From the NCBI GenBank assembly GCA_951406725.2, contig OX597828.1, forward strand, positions 61,380,001 to 61,444,000: a stretch of 64,000 nt of DNA, in the 5' to 3' direction. The DNA comes from Octopus vulgaris. Lineage: Eukaryota. Positions within the stretch are counted from its first letter, which is position 1. Every line of letters begins with the position of its first letter. Positions 1-13,752 of this stretch are shown one piece after another. Both the position numbers and the translations under genes were made by a program. A model generated the notes under the pieces. It worked only from the letters and a program-made list of their open reading frames with translations. It ran no database searches and was not told the DNA's origin.

Positions 1-741
1 CACTACGCTCCACAACACAACAGGTCTATACACATGCCCAAAACACAGTCACGTCTCATCTCAAATTCAGCGGTGTGATGTAACAGAACCGCTAATCCAT
101 AAGTAAACCAGCCGTGCTTCAACTTACTTTGGAGCAGAGAAATTAATAGAATACGGGTTTATTAAATAGAACTAATCAATTTCCTAACCGGTTCAGTCCT
201 CATCCAATGCTATCCCCGACTGGTAGAACAATTCCTCAACATATATTCTCCTCAATTCACCGCCACTTTTGCCCTTGCTTCTAGCAATATTTGTGTCTGC
301 CACCTCTGTCATCACTATCAACTCACCATCAACTACACAAAAACAATATCAACACCTCAGAGCACAAGGAACACAATGAAGGAAAAATGGGAAAGGAGTC
401 GACGGAATAAAACTCAGAAAACATCTAAGCCAATATCGTAATACAATATTTACAGAGGAGAAAATTGGTAAATATTGTCAATATATTATTAATTCACCGC
501 TGAAAAATTTTCATGGAAACAGGAAATAGTTTCGACAATCCTACCACAAACCTACTTCTAGTTCATTGTTCGAATAGAATAAGTATCGTCAACTGCACAG
601 CATATGACGTTTATGAAATATATTAAGAAACAAAAAAAACAGAACGAACAACTATAATACGTTAAGACTTCAATAATCTAGTTGGGTGGAGATAAAATAT
701 GTACATGTTTGTATATATGTATGTATGTACATATTGGTATT

Positions 742-786
<45 letters not shown>

Positions 787-836
787 GTGTACGTGTACAT
801 ATGAATGCGTGTGTGTGTGGGTGTATATATATATAT

Positions 837-915
<79 letters not shown>

Positions 916-924
916 CAACAAAAT

Positions 925-1165
925 GTAACAACAGAAGAATGAGACCTCGATATTAGAGAAATAGAGGATAATTTATATATGTTATAAATTAGAACAAACA
1001 GTAAAAGGTTGTCATTATAGTACTCGGAGTTTCGAATTCCGGTGTGAAGAGCTACGATACATTCTCGTTTGCTATTAATGGCAACAGGCGCCACGAAAAG
1101 CCCTTAAATATATGGGGAGTAACTCTAATAGGTGGAAAAAGAAAAAGAAAAATATAAAAAATATA

Positions 1166-1217
<52 letters not shown>

Positions 1218-1324
1218 ATACACACAACCATATTCTCACTATGCATAGATATCAGCCTCCTGCGTTCACAACGTCTACATAGGTACACACACAAACATGT
1301 ATACTTACATGCACACAGGCACAC

Positions 1325-1406
<82 letters not shown>

Positions 1407-1544
1407 ATGTATATGTGTGCGCAACCTCATCATCATATACACATAGGTGATTAGATGCATACACGTAACATAATACATATATATTTAGGCATTTATACGT
1501 ATATATACACAAACATACATAAATATATACATAAATAGATATAA

Positions 1545-1584
<40 letters not shown>

Positions 1585-2927
1585 CCTATCACTCACCTAC
1601 ACCCGCACATATACAGACATATGCATATCTATATAAGTGTCCATGAAAATTGCACATATGCACCGGATAGTCTTACACTAATATACATACTCGTACATAT
1701 ACTCATACACATATATATATACACATATATATATACACATATATACATATAATATATATACATGCATATACATACACACACACACACTCACACAATTATA
1801 AAGGAAAAGGGAAAAATGAAAAAGTATATACAAAAAATTTTAAATGAAAACTTAATGGAAGTTAAAACATATTGGACAGTTTGTTCAGGAACATAGTAGA
1901 AATGATTTTGGGCAGCCCAAAACCATAAGAGGTATTTTGTGACGTATGGACAGGATCCAAAGAGTTCAGTTCTTGAATTTAAACATGTGTCAGTGTCTAA
2001 GGATCTATTCTAGATGAGCCATCTTTCCATATTACAAAGACCACACTTGCCACTACCTTTGGTATAAGGTTTACACTTGGCTAAGATCTACCAGTAAATC
2101 CTGTTCTTGACAACTTATTATTTTAAGAACCATATATAACTGGATAATTTGGTAGTCTTTGGTTTGTTCCAGTGCCTGAAGCTTAAGGTGTAATTGCTGA
2201 ATCTTGCTTTGAAATTTCCCTTTGTGAGATCCACATATCTCTTGGATGAAACTATTATTAGCATTCGTGGAATTTTCAGTGGATTCATAAATAATGGCCT
2301 CGGTCATACAAGTTCCATTTAGTGGGCACAGGTCTTTATTCCTTCAGGAACTGCCGGCTTTGTCGTGTTGTGTTGTATTGTGCGTAATTATGCTTTTAAA
2401 GTTTGGAGTAGAACTAAAACTAATTTTTAGGTTATACATATTAAAGAGTTTTCTACATTTGTGATGTATTGGAAAATGTCTATATATAAGTGACAAGAAA
2501 CATTTACCTATATTAAAGGTCACTTCGAGAGAGTAAGGGGGTGTGAGCCAGATAATTTTCCTGTGTCTATGTTTCCTTTTCTTTGTTTCTGGTCTAATAG
2601 TACAGGTGTAACCTATTTCTTCTTTAAACCCACTAGCTTTAAGGGAAGTGATATATAGTGATATATAGCATTATTATTGGAGGAGAGGCTAGAAATTCTC
2701 CTACTAATATGCTTAACTAAATTCTTAAACACTATGGGGCGGGGTGACAGGAAACTACCTTAAATAAATATTCTTTTGCAAAACTCAAGTAAATTGACAA
2801 CCGTGTCAGGTTGGTATCCATTGTTATGCTAAGATCGAATGTTTTCATAAGTTGGATAATACCCTTCCTTAATCGATCTTGCGCTGGTCCATTGGTATTC
2901 TTAGTTAAGGCTAGAGCATCGTCCCTA
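925..2927 (-). mobile_element. 5'-truncated, decayed Penelope-like element, Hydra-type (RT C-terminus, GIY-YIG, 3' pseudo-LTR)
   Basis: Minus-strand frames give RDDALALTKNTNGPAQDRLRK (RT catalytic DD), KRKHRHRKIIWLTPPYS..IGKCFLSLI.RHFP..KLFN, CPLNGTCMTEAIIY and KCGLC. These match C-terminal-EN PLEs. A microsatellite-rich 3' region and a hammerhead-like motif at 1013-1080 follow. The clade label is from motif recall. Confidence 0.8.
1013..1080 (-). ncRNA. Degenerate type-I hammerhead ribozyme motif
   Basis: Minus strand reads cattaatag-CAAACGA-gaatg...aattc-GAAA-ctccgag-TA-ctataatg. Stems I, II and III are recognisable but the CUGANGA box is mutated. Confidence 0.5.
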
Positions 2928-2928
2928 A

Positions 2929-3345
2929 CTCTTCGCTCCGGCATTCGAAACTCCGATGTGAATTCGTGTGTTGAAGCATACTTTATTGTGTCGGGAAGTG
3001 TCAGTCTCTCTTGTTGCCGTATTATTTAATACATTTTACCGGTTCGATTTCCACTTGTTTACTTGTTTATTCTTTATTTTAAAATTTTCTTTATTCTTTA
3101 TTTTAAAATAGTCGTTGACTTTATCCGTTTTTCGAGCTGCATTCGTTTTGTTTGTTTGTGCGCATATATGTGTTGGTCAGTCTGCGTGCGCATACACATA
3201 AGTATGTATGTATATGTGTGTATGCATATATGCATGTATGCATATATATGTGTATGCATGTTTGTATGTATCCTCATATTCATATGTTTGTATGTGTGTG
3301 TGTATGTATTTGTGTGTGTACCTCTGTCTCCGTATGGGTGCATAT
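2929..3345 (+). mobile_element. PLE pseudo-LTR fragment, inverted relative to the 925-2927 element
   Basis: Begins with ctcttcgctccggcattcGAAActccga, matching the 3' half of the 1013-1080 hammerhead. The remainder is homologous to 4113-4615 and to the reverse complement of 3676-4030. Confidence 0.65.
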
Positions 3346-3675
3346 CTGAGTGTGGAAGGATTTAACGAAAGAGAGGAAGGAGTCTAGATGTTCGCGGGAG
3401 AGTGAGGTGGCACCGATACAGTCGTCAATATAACGACCGTATAGTTCGGGAGTGGGACCAGTGAAACTAGAGAATATTTGGGCCTCAACATAGCCAATGA
3501 ACAGGTTCGCATAGTTGGGGCCCATTCGCGTTCCCATGGCCACTCCCCAGAATTGTTGGTAGAACTCGCCCGCGAAGCAGTTAAGAGAAAGGACAAGTTC
3601 GGCCAGACGAATGAGTGTGGAGGTGTCGGGTTCGAGGTTGGGGCGGAGGTCGAGAAAGTGTTGAAGTGCACGTAG
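3345..3675 (-). pseudogene. Neptune-type PLE reverse transcriptase fragment
   Basis: ORF 3280..3855 contains LIRLAELVLSLNCF..FYQQFWGVAMGTRMGPNYANLFIGYVE..YGRYIDDCIG, i.e. the PLE RT G.AMG and RYIDD motifs. Confidence 0.9.
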
Positions 3676-4040
3676 TTGTGTGTTCGTGCATACATATATA
3701 TATTTATACACACACATACATACATACATACATACATACATACATACATACATACATACATACATACATACATACATACATACGTACATACGTACATACA
3801 CACATACATATGTGTATGCGCATGCACACTGACTCACAGACATGCGCACAAACAAGCAAAAAAAAGAACACAGCTACAATAACGGATAGAGTCAATGATT
3901 ATTGAAATGGAAGACGCAACGAAAATTTTAGAAAAAATAAATAAGTAAATGAATGGAAATCGAACCGGTGTGTGTGTTAAATAATAAGGCACTAAAAGAG
4001 GATGACTCTCCCCAGACACAATAAAATTAGATAAATAAAG

Positions 4041-4116
<76 letters not shown>

Positions 4117-4615
4117 GTGTTGTGTCTGAGGAGAGTCGTTCTCTTTTAGTGCCTTATGATTTAACACACTCACCAGTAAAATTTCCACGCATTATTTATT
4201 TTTCATAAAATTTTCGTCGCGTCTTGCATTCTTTTCAATAGTTGTTGACTCTGTCCGTTATCTGAGCTGCGTTCTTTTTGTTTATTTGTGCGCATGTGTG
4301 TGGGTCAGTGTGTGTACGCATACACATGTATGTATGTATGTATGTATGTATGTATGTATGTATGTATGTATGTATGTATGTATGTATGTATGAATGTATG
4401 TATGTATGTGTGCGTATGCATGTATGTGTGTGCGTATGTATATATGTATGTGTGTACATTTATATGTAACGTATTCTGCAAATCCATGTGTTTGTGTGTT
4501 TGTGTTTTTTTTATGTGTGTGTGTGTTTACATGTGTGTATGTGCCTCTGTCTCCTTGCGTGTGTGCATGTCTGAGTGTGTTTGTGTGTTTTTGTATTGGT
4601 TTTTGTGACTATGTA
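3676..4615. mobile_element. Two diverged PLE pseudo-LTR copies in inverted orientation around a (TA)n tract
   Basis: 3800-4020 is the approximate reverse complement of 4118-4330 (e.g. aaggcactaaaagag / ctcttttagtgcctt). The (CATA)n and (TATG)n tracts extend the symmetry. Confidence 0.75.
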
Positions 4616-4619
4616 CTGT

Positions 4620-6388
4620 GACAAATACAGGAGTACGTCCTCATAAATGAAACATCCCCAGTACTAAATAGGAAATATACGTAGTAGCTAATCATACCCC
4701 CATACCCACGGTTTATATTTATATACAGGTAGAACTACCAACGAAAACTCATAGACACATGTGACATATTAATCCAACTGCTTGTTCCAATCCTGTACAA
4801 CACACTCGATCAAATAAGCCAAACAACAGTTATAGGAATCAGGATGTCCTCTGGTTCAACACGATTTTCGGTTCCCATGTTTTAACCAAGATCGCTGGAA
4901 AACTTTTTGCCGCTTTGGACAAATGTTTTCGTAAATCTAATAGGTATCATGTTATTTTTAATCGACACACCGTGAAGGTATTCTACCCCAACTTTGTTAA
5001 TTTGGAGCAGCTTATGCATCACATAAACAATAGTAAATTGCGACAAAGGTTCAACACGCTACCTACTGGATCTAGCGAGCATACGCATCTAAATACTAAC
5101 TAAGGAGATGTAACCCGCAATGAAAAGCACCAATCACAGCCAAATTGTATTAGTAGAAATGCCTATGATACAGCTAACACGGTAACTACATCCAAAAATG
5201 GAGTTGGAACTGGCATATATGCAAATAAATATGGTAAATGCACATACAGAGAAAAGTTAAAATGCTCATTGATAAACCTCTGTATGAGTACAAATCGTGT
5301 ATATAAATGTACCGTGCACACAAGGGGAGAGCCGTATGTTTACATTGGGTAGACGGCTGATTCATTTAAGAATCGTTACCATTACAATATCGTCAGCTTT
5401 AAGAGAATCAATAAGAGACATTCTACATCTTGGCCGATTTTATATGGCGACTGAAGGAGGATAAAATCAAGTACAACATAACTTGGTCCATAGTAAGGCA
5501 CGCGAAATCATACAATATAATTTCCAGGAGATGCCGACTCTGCTCTGAGGAATCAATGAGAAGATTGTGGACCAATGAGAAGATCATTAATAGAATTTCT
5601 GAAAGACTCTCAAGATGCCTATACGCATATAAATGTACTTTCGCACAATACAGTGGGAATGAATTTGAGGAACTGTTAGCATAATTTACTTTGAGATATG
5701 GATGAATTAAGTTTGGTTTTAACCTCCCATTCTTATAAACAATAAGTAACTATTTAACTCGCTTTGTGATCGTGAGCGCAGCAAAGCACACACGTGTGCG
5801 TATGCTTACATTTTCGCAGATGCTTGTATGAGAAAACGCACACGCGCCATGCAGCTTGTGTGAGAACGTTTATACATCCATATTTGTTAATGTCTATTAT
5901 TAATACTTTTTCACTGTATTGCGTGTTCGTTTCCGTATTGTTACCTTTAATCCTGTTTTTCTTGTGCTTGTGCGTATGTAGACGTATGTATGAACTTTTA
6001 CGGTGCGCGTGTGTGGGTGGGTTTGTATGTATATGCATATCCATTTGGCGAAGGATACGAGTGAAGATGTGTACGTTTTTCAAGTGAGGGTGGATGAATG
6101 TATGCGTACGCACGTGGGTGTGCGGGCGCATATGTGTAGGTATGAACAGACGTACTTACGCAAATACTATGAACTTTTTACCCCCTTTCCTTACTTAGCG
6201 GTCATTCGAATAGCTCTTTTGTCTTAATAGCAGTCAATAACACAGTAATTTCCCTTTGTATAACGGTCATTTTCATAGCGTTTTTCCGATGGCCGGATAA
6301 CTGAAGAGATGGTGGCGTGGACTTCTACCTCGGCATCCGAAATTCGGAGTTTTATCTTGGCTACCGAATAATTGTCACATATTACATT

Positions 6389-6395
<7 letters not shown>
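4620..6395 (+). mobile_element. Decayed Hydra-type PLE 3' portion (linker, GIY-YIG, 3' UTR with hammerhead)
   Basis: Motifs VLWFNTIFGSHVLTKIAGK..DKCF..IFNRHTVKV, VYKCTV..YIG.T..SFKNRY, and LADFIWRLK..ITWSIV..AKSY..CRLCSEE. Strong homology to the reverse complement of 31115-32305. Confidence 0.85.
6295..6357 (+). ncRNA. Type-I hammerhead ribozyme motif
   Basis: ggataa-CTGAAGA-gatg...catc(c)-GAAA-ttcggag-TT-ttatct. Stem I is ggataa/ttatct and the core is canonical. Confidence 0.7.
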
Positions 6396-6484
<89 letters not shown>

Positions 6485-6542
6485 TAGATATAGATACATA
6501 CATATATATCTATATTTATATGTATGTATGTATGTATGTATG

Positions 6543-6698
<156 letters not shown>

Positions 6699-6701
6699 CA
6701 T

Positions 6702-6776
<75 letters not shown>

Positions 6777-6803
6777 AAGATAGATAGATAGATAGATAGA
6801 TAC

Positions 6804-6849
<46 letters not shown>

Positions 6850-6865
6850 GGATAGATAGATACAT

Positions 6866-6947
<82 letters not shown>

Positions 6948-6984
6948 GTTGCAGGACTTTTTCGAAAGTTGTATTAAACCTTTC

Positions 6985-7170
6985 CGCTATAGGTAAAAGG
7001 CCTGGAATTTTTTGAGAGTGCGATAGTTGACTGCACTGACTTCAATGTTCAAATGGTCAAATGATACTTAAATTTCGATTTCGGACGGATGAAAGGCAAA
7101 GTCGACCTCGGCGGCATTTGAACTCAGAAGGTAAAGACAGACTAATTGCCGCTAAACTTTTTGTCTGTAT
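6985..7170 (-). mobile_element. Degraded Meta-domain-type SINE
   Basis: ggatgaaaggcaaagtcgacctcggcggcatttgaactcag is the reverse complement of the core in 14192-14415. Confidence 0.7.
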
Positions 7171-8671
7171 AGTGCTAGTTTTTCATTTTTTTACCCAATA
7201 CAAAATCTATTGTCCTGCTTACATTGCAGCACTCTTCTACTTATTTTGAAAATCTGTTGACTTATATCAGGCATTCGAAGCGACAAATGCTTGGTGCTCT
7301 ACAATGTCACTTTTATTCTGACCATTGAATGTCCTAAAATGAATAAGAGACTGCCATTAGAGGATGTCATTGAGGTTACTTATACTGAGCTCTGGCTTCA
7401 TAGTTGTACATTTATGGAATTACTATTAACATTACCATTATTATCTAAAGATATGTATGAATAAGATACCACTTTGAAGATATGACAGTAAAGAGTACAT
7501 CAGCATATACAACACCAAATAGAAAGCAAAACGATCCCTAAATCTTCTAAGACACATTTACGCTCTCCCTCAAAAAAGAATAACATAAAAATAATTCCAG
7601 TAACCAAGAAAAGAAAAAGAAATCAAGAAGATTTAAACAATGATTCGTCTTATGGAAAAAAAAAGATCAGGAATCGTATGCAGTGCAATGGTGGCGAGTT
7701 ATAATAAATTTGTCGCTATCTCAGTTTATCTCTGCCTGGCTGAGAAACACAAACGGAAATTCGTTGAACATTGACAGAGTTATGGCGTTATACGTTTATC
7801 AATAGTTCTGATCTTCTTAAACTAGATCTTAGTTCTCCTTTTGGTAATTTCTTCTCCATTTATGCATTGGTTGTGGTTATAGATCATCCATAAAGATGTC
7901 TGTAGAAAAAGCAACGAGAAAAGCTTGTCGCATTCTTAATAAATACAGTCTGTATGATGAAAGAGAATCTATGATTGTGTGTGAGGGGTGCGCTGACGGA
8001 AAAAGTGATCGAGGTTAATTGAAGTGTTATGAAGATGTGAAATTGTGCCGATTATGGTGAATAATGACTTGTGAATGGAGACAGTACACGGGTAAGGTCA
8101 ATTAATGGAAATATGCCTAAAGTATATGTTGCTGACCTGAGACAAGTGTGGAACATTTAGTGTGCGATGGTTTTATCATAACATGCAGTCTTAATGGTTA
8201 GTGATACAACCAACGAAAGAAAACTAAGAAGAGAAATGTGGAACATTATGATAAATAAAGATAACCTTTGCAGAGATCGCGTTTTACTCTTTGAACTCTA
8301 TGTCTTAATTGTAGCAGCTGTCCGACTAGCATTGATACTGGTGAGAGAAAAAGGCCAGAATATAGAATGTAACAGTGAGAAATAGAATCTATTTTATTTA
8401 CATTTGAAACAACCGTTATCTACAATTTCCTACTCCATTCTCGATATTTTATCGCTAAATATATAATACTGAGAAAATAAGGTTTTGTTCTTTTATTTAT
8501 TTTATATAATTTTTTTTTGACAATAGCATAGTTTGTTGCAGGTTTCCAACCGGCTAATCACTGGTTCACTGCATTTCTGAGAATGACAAGAAACATTGTT
8601 GGCGCTTCATTTCTTGCTGATTTGTCGAAATACATCGGTGAAAGAGAAACTCATACATGCAAACACACATA

Positions 8672-8912
8672 TGGTGGAAGCGCGTGGCTTAGTGGTTAGG
8701 GTGTCAGCACCATGATCGTAAGATTGCGGTTTCGATTCTTGACTGGGCGACGCGTTGTGTTCTTGAGCAAAACTCTTCATTTCACGTTGCTCCAGTTCAC
8801 TCAGCTGGCAAAAATGAGTAACGTTGCGATGGACTGGCGTCCCGTCCAGCTGGGGAACACATGCGCCATAGAAACAAGACCCATGAGCTTGGCTAGGCCT
8901 TAAAAGGGCGCA
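8672..8912 (+). mobile_element. tRNA-derived SINE, family C
   Basis: A box TGGCTTAGTGG and B box-like GTTTCGATTC. Central gatggactggcgtcccgtccag is shared with 8922-9230 and 40480-40725. Confidence 0.8.
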
Positions 8913-8921
8913 TTTATATTT

Positions 8922-9230
8922 TGGAGGCACATAGCCTAGTGGGTAGAGCAGCTGACTCTCGGTCGAGGGATCGTGGGTTCGAATCTCAGACCGGGCGATG
9001 TGTGTGTTTATGAGCGAAACACCTAAGCTCCACGCGGCTCCGGCAGAAGGTAATGGCGACCTTCGGCTGACTCTTTCGCCACGACTTTCTCTCACTCTTT
9101 CCTCCTGCATCTAGCAGGTCACCTGCGATGAACCGGCGTCCCGTCCAGGTGGGGAATCTATACGCCAAGAAACCAAGAAACCGGCCCTTATGAGCCAGGC
9201 ATGGCTCGAGAAGGAACAAACAACAACAAC
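8922..9230 (+). mobile_element. tRNA-derived SINE, family C, with (CAA)n tail
   Basis: A box TAGCCTAGTGG, B box GGTTCGAATC, ggcgtcccgtccag domain, and a CAA tail. The tRNA acceptor stem is not closed. Confidence 0.85.
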
Positions 9231-9518
9231 AAAACACACATGTACGCACTCTCATATACACGATTGGAATGTGATAAACAGAAATTTGACGTGTGTGTAT
9301 ATGTGCGTGTCTATACACATATCCATCCATATTTGTATATAATAATATGACAACAAAAGAATGAATGAGACCTCGATATTATGTAAAATACCGTCAGCGC
9401 ACCCCTCACAAACGATCTCTATGTCATATTCTTTTCAATTTACAGAAAACAAAAAACGAAGACAGGTGAGGGAACAACGAGCAGGTGTATTAGTTTAACG
9501 CTCAAGAAGAATGGAAAA

Positions 9519-9577
<59 letters not shown>

Positions 9578-9582
9578 TATAT

Positions 9583-9850
9583 ACCGGAGTAAGCACATAA
9601 ATGTGAAACAAGGTGGAAAAAAAGAGTACTCAAATAACAGAGGTAGAGTAATATGCTTTATTTAAAAGCAGCAGAAATTTAACAAAAGCTGTTACTCGGA
9701 GTTTCACGTTCCCGTCGTCGGACAGTTTATTTTTTTTAACAAAACTGTCCGACGAACGGGAACGTAAAACTCCGAGTAACAGCTTTTGTTAAATTTCTGC
9801 TGCTTTTAAATAAAGCATATTACTCTACCTCTGTTATTTGAGTACTCTTT
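9583..9850. mobile_element. Non-coding fold-back element with a hammerhead motif in each arm, inserted in (TA)n
   Basis: Near-perfect inverted arms 9621-9728 and 9742-9850. Arm consensus is ctgt-CCGACGA-acg.ggaa.cgt-GAAA-ctccgag-TA-acag. (TA)n lies on both sides. Confidence 0.85.
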
Positions 9851-9857
9851 ATATATA

Positions 9858-9922
<65 letters not shown>

Positions 9923-10941
9923 AATACATATATATATATATACACATAGATACGGAACAAATAGTGAGGGATTTTCAATCCGGGCAAAATACTTCATAAG
10001 CTCTCTGTTGGCACACCAGACTAACAATATTACTTAGATTAGTGAAGAACTCCAGGTAATCTTTTGGTAGGGTCCAAGTTTATGGTTCATCAAAATTCTA
10101 GGGATGGACTCCAGACAAACTGGTATTTTTTTTTTACACAGAGTGATATATAAGAAACAAGTTGAAAATAATAGTCATTACATATTATTCCTTTATTGGA
10201 GCAAATTTGGCTTAGAGCTGTTTCCAGTATTCATTATAGGTACATTACTGATAGATTTACTGAATTAGTCAGTTGATCATTTGAAGCAAATTGAACGACT
10301 CAAGAAAATTCATGCTAATTTTGTCAGAGCCATTTCTGGTTGTAACAAGCAGACCACTTGAAGAATGGCTATTGTGTCAGGAAGGTGTGTGGAGGGGGGT
10401 GAATGGGAATGTTTAAGTAGAATAGAGAACAAGGGAGATAGGTTACAAAGTGGTGGAGATAGGTACAGGAATGGTACAGGAGTCATTTACTAGAGGTAGG
10501 GACATTGTAAAGCCAAATTTGGAAGAGGGATGGTTTGTAGTCAGGTCAGCAGCCATTACTATCTTAGCAAATAGGTTTGATATTCTCTAGCCATTGTGTT
10601 GAAAATTGATATGGGTTTTTCATGGATATGGTCAGTTTAAGACTGTAATTTTCTGTTTTTAATCCAGCATAGTTGGGGAATAATCTTAGAAAATGAGAGT
10701 CTATTTGCAGTCGTATTGTAGAGGTCATGAATGCTCTCTAACCTATATACAAACAACTTAAATTTATTATTGATAGTTATGAACTTAGTTGGTCTCTCAG
10801 ATCCTTTTCCAGCTTCCACAAAACCAATATGTCAGTATGGGTGCATGAGAAGAATTTAGCGAGAAAGAGCTAAGGAGATTGCGAGACAGATATAGAGATC
10901 GCGAGAGAGGAAGAGATGATAGAAAGACAGGGAGGGGAAGA

Positions 10942-10978
<37 letters not shown>

Positions 10979-12197
10979 AGAAAGAGAAAGAGAGAGAGAG
11001 AGGGAGAAAGAGAGAGAAAGGGAAATGTAAGAGAGAGAGAGGCAGATCATTAGAAATATATAGATTTGCCTAATTTACGACATGAAACCGAGATGAAAAG
11101 AAGAGCTTACTTTGCATCACAGTTTAATAGGAATATGTTGACTCTAATAAAGTTACAACAACTAAAATATGAAGGGATAGTTGACTTCCATTCAGAACGT
11201 ATGAGAGGTAAATCCTTAAGAGGCAACATTTCCCCTTCCTGCGTGTTACAATGTTCTACTGTAGAATGCAATGTAATAAGGTGATTTTATACTTTCAAAT
11301 TTATTACAATATATCATTTACCTTTCTGTGTAACAAAATGTCATTAGATAGTATGGGTGCTAAATATATGCAGCAAACTAATATTATGCATTCGTGTGGG
11401 CGTGTACATGCGTGTATGTATACGGGTACACACACACATACACACATATACAATGGGGATTGTGCAAATATCTCTCGAACTCTTCCTCACTATCGCTCTC
11501 TTTTTCTCTCTCTTCTTTCCACAACCTCCTATTTTCTACTTATTCGTCTGCTGTTAGCGAAAATATAACATGATCACATCATAGTGTCTGATTAATGATT
11601 AAGATAAGGATCCATTGACTAATTTAATACAGCGAATAAAATATTCAAAATTCATTGAAAACAGTCGACAAAACGATTTATCAAATGACGCGTTTATTTG
11701 CACTAAAGCAAATGATGAAGCTATTTGCAGCCGACAGCTTCTTCACCATAATTCCAACTGAGTGGCTTTGTTAGAGCTTGGTGAAGCCTGCAGCGAAACC
11801 TATCCATCAAATGAAAGCTCAATTAAGAAGATTCTAAGTGATAGATTGAGATACGCTGTCGTGTTTAGAGAGGAAGTTCCACCTACAATGAAATATACAG
11901 TGTTTATAAAACTGCCGTCAACACTTGCTCCCACGTTTGCATGAATTTTTATTACCGCGTTGAGTAAGATGGGCGATGATGATGTCTGGTATTAAGAATG
12001 TGTTGGGAGTTCAGGTTGGGTGGCAAGTAGTAGGTGGTAAATGGGCTAAGAGGAAGGATGCCGTAGTGGTTTAATTGATGATTCGCTTTTTAGTTATAAT
12101 ACTATACTATGTATTTTATACATACATAAATACACACAGATATAGTTACATATGTATATATAAAAATATATATTGTATATATAAATATATATACATT

Positions 12198-12604
12198 GCG
12201 AGTGGCTGAGTGGTAAGTAACTTACTTACCAACCACCTGGTTCCGGATTCAATCCCACTGCGTGGCACCTTGGGCATGTGTCTTCTCCTATAGCCTCGGG
12301 CCGACCAAAGCCTTGTGAGTGGATTTAGTTGACGGAAACTGAAAGAAGCCCGTCGTATATATGTGTATATTTCTGTATGTGTGTGCATGTTTGTGTGTCT
12401 GTGTTTGTCCCCCCAACATCGCTTGACAACCGATGCTGGTGTGTTTACATCCCCGTAACTATGCGGTTCGGTAAAAGGGATCGATAGAATACTAGGCTTA
12501 CAAAGAAGAAGTCCTGCAGTCAATTTGCTCGACTAAAGGTGGTACTCCAGCATGGCCACAGTCAAATAACTGAAACAAGTAAAAGAATAAAAGAATGAAA
12601 GAAT
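12198..12604 (+). mobile_element. Abundant tRNA-derived SINE, family A (CORE-like ggcaccttgggca, internal microsatellite, (AAAGAAT)n tail)
   Basis: A/B-box head. Near-identical to copies at 37662-38070, 38887-39278 and 63403-63860. Confidence 0.9.
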
Positions 12605-12626
12605 ATATATATATGTACACACACAC

Positions 12627-12674
<48 letters not shown>

Positions 12675-12783
12675 ACATATATATACTAGTGATGCAGTGT
12701 TTCGGGATTGCAACGAGCTGTAACGATCTAATGTAGAATAAATATAATAATAATAATAATAATAGCAATAATGCTTCGATGGA

Positions 12784-12975
<192 letters not shown>

Positions 12976-12990
12976 TAATAATAATAATAA

Positions 12991-13342
12991 AGTAGTGGGG
13001 GAGCATCATAGCCATGTGTTTGAGAGGGATTATTTGGGGTTTGAATAGTTCACCTCTGGAAACATGGGTGGTTTTTTCAACATCCTTAAACAACCTTAAA
13101 CAACCCTTATTCAGGGACCGTTTGAGCAGGATGGGCTACTCAAAATGAAGAAAATTCTAACTGGGCCCCACCTGCAAGGTCATGTGCTGTTTATCTTGAT
13201 ATGAGATCACCATGTCGCGCACATATGGTTGTGATGCATGTGCCTGGTGTACCTTTATCAGACGGGTAGTCATGATGGGTATATTAGGCTTCGTATATTT
13301 TACCCCAGTGTCACTTTGATGGCATGAACTGCTCTCTCACTC

Positions 13343-13343
<1 letters not shown>
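12991..13343 (+). mobile_element. Dispersed repeat flanked by (AAT)n; probable R4/Dong LINE 3' UTR
   Basis: Second copy at 16720-16989. Ends ctctctcactc followed by a TAA tract, and is preceded by (AAT)n. Dong elements are known to target TAA repeats; the assignment is inferred. Confidence 0.55.
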
Positions 13344-13518
<175 letters not shown>

Positions 13519-13752
13519 GAACAAGCGAGCTGGAAGAATCGTTAGCACGCCGGGTGAAATGCTTAGCGGTATTTTTTCTGTCGCTACATTTTGAGTTCAA
13601 ATTCTGCCAAGACTGACTTTGCCTTTCATCCTTCCGAGGTCAATAAGTTAAGTACCAGTCAAGTACTGGAGATCAACGTGTGATTGAGTGTCCCCCTCGC
13701 CACAAAAATTCAGGCCTTGTACCTATAGTAGAAAGATTTATTATTATTATTA
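13519..13752 (+). mobile_element. Meta-domain-type tRNA SINE, family B
   Basis: gcgagctgg..gaatcgttagc head, gcctttcatccttccgaggtc..aagtaccag core, and (ATT)n tail. Confidence 0.85.

Noticed and set aside
1-620. Possible LTR or exon at the window start
   Set aside because: No second LTR, primer-binding site or recognisable peptide was found.
8672-8995. tRNA genes
   Set aside because: A/B boxes are present, but the acceptor stems do not close and the sequences continue into SINE bodies.
10010-10850. Possible decayed retroelement
   Set aside because: Only faint peptide resemblance and no convincing motif; left unclassified.
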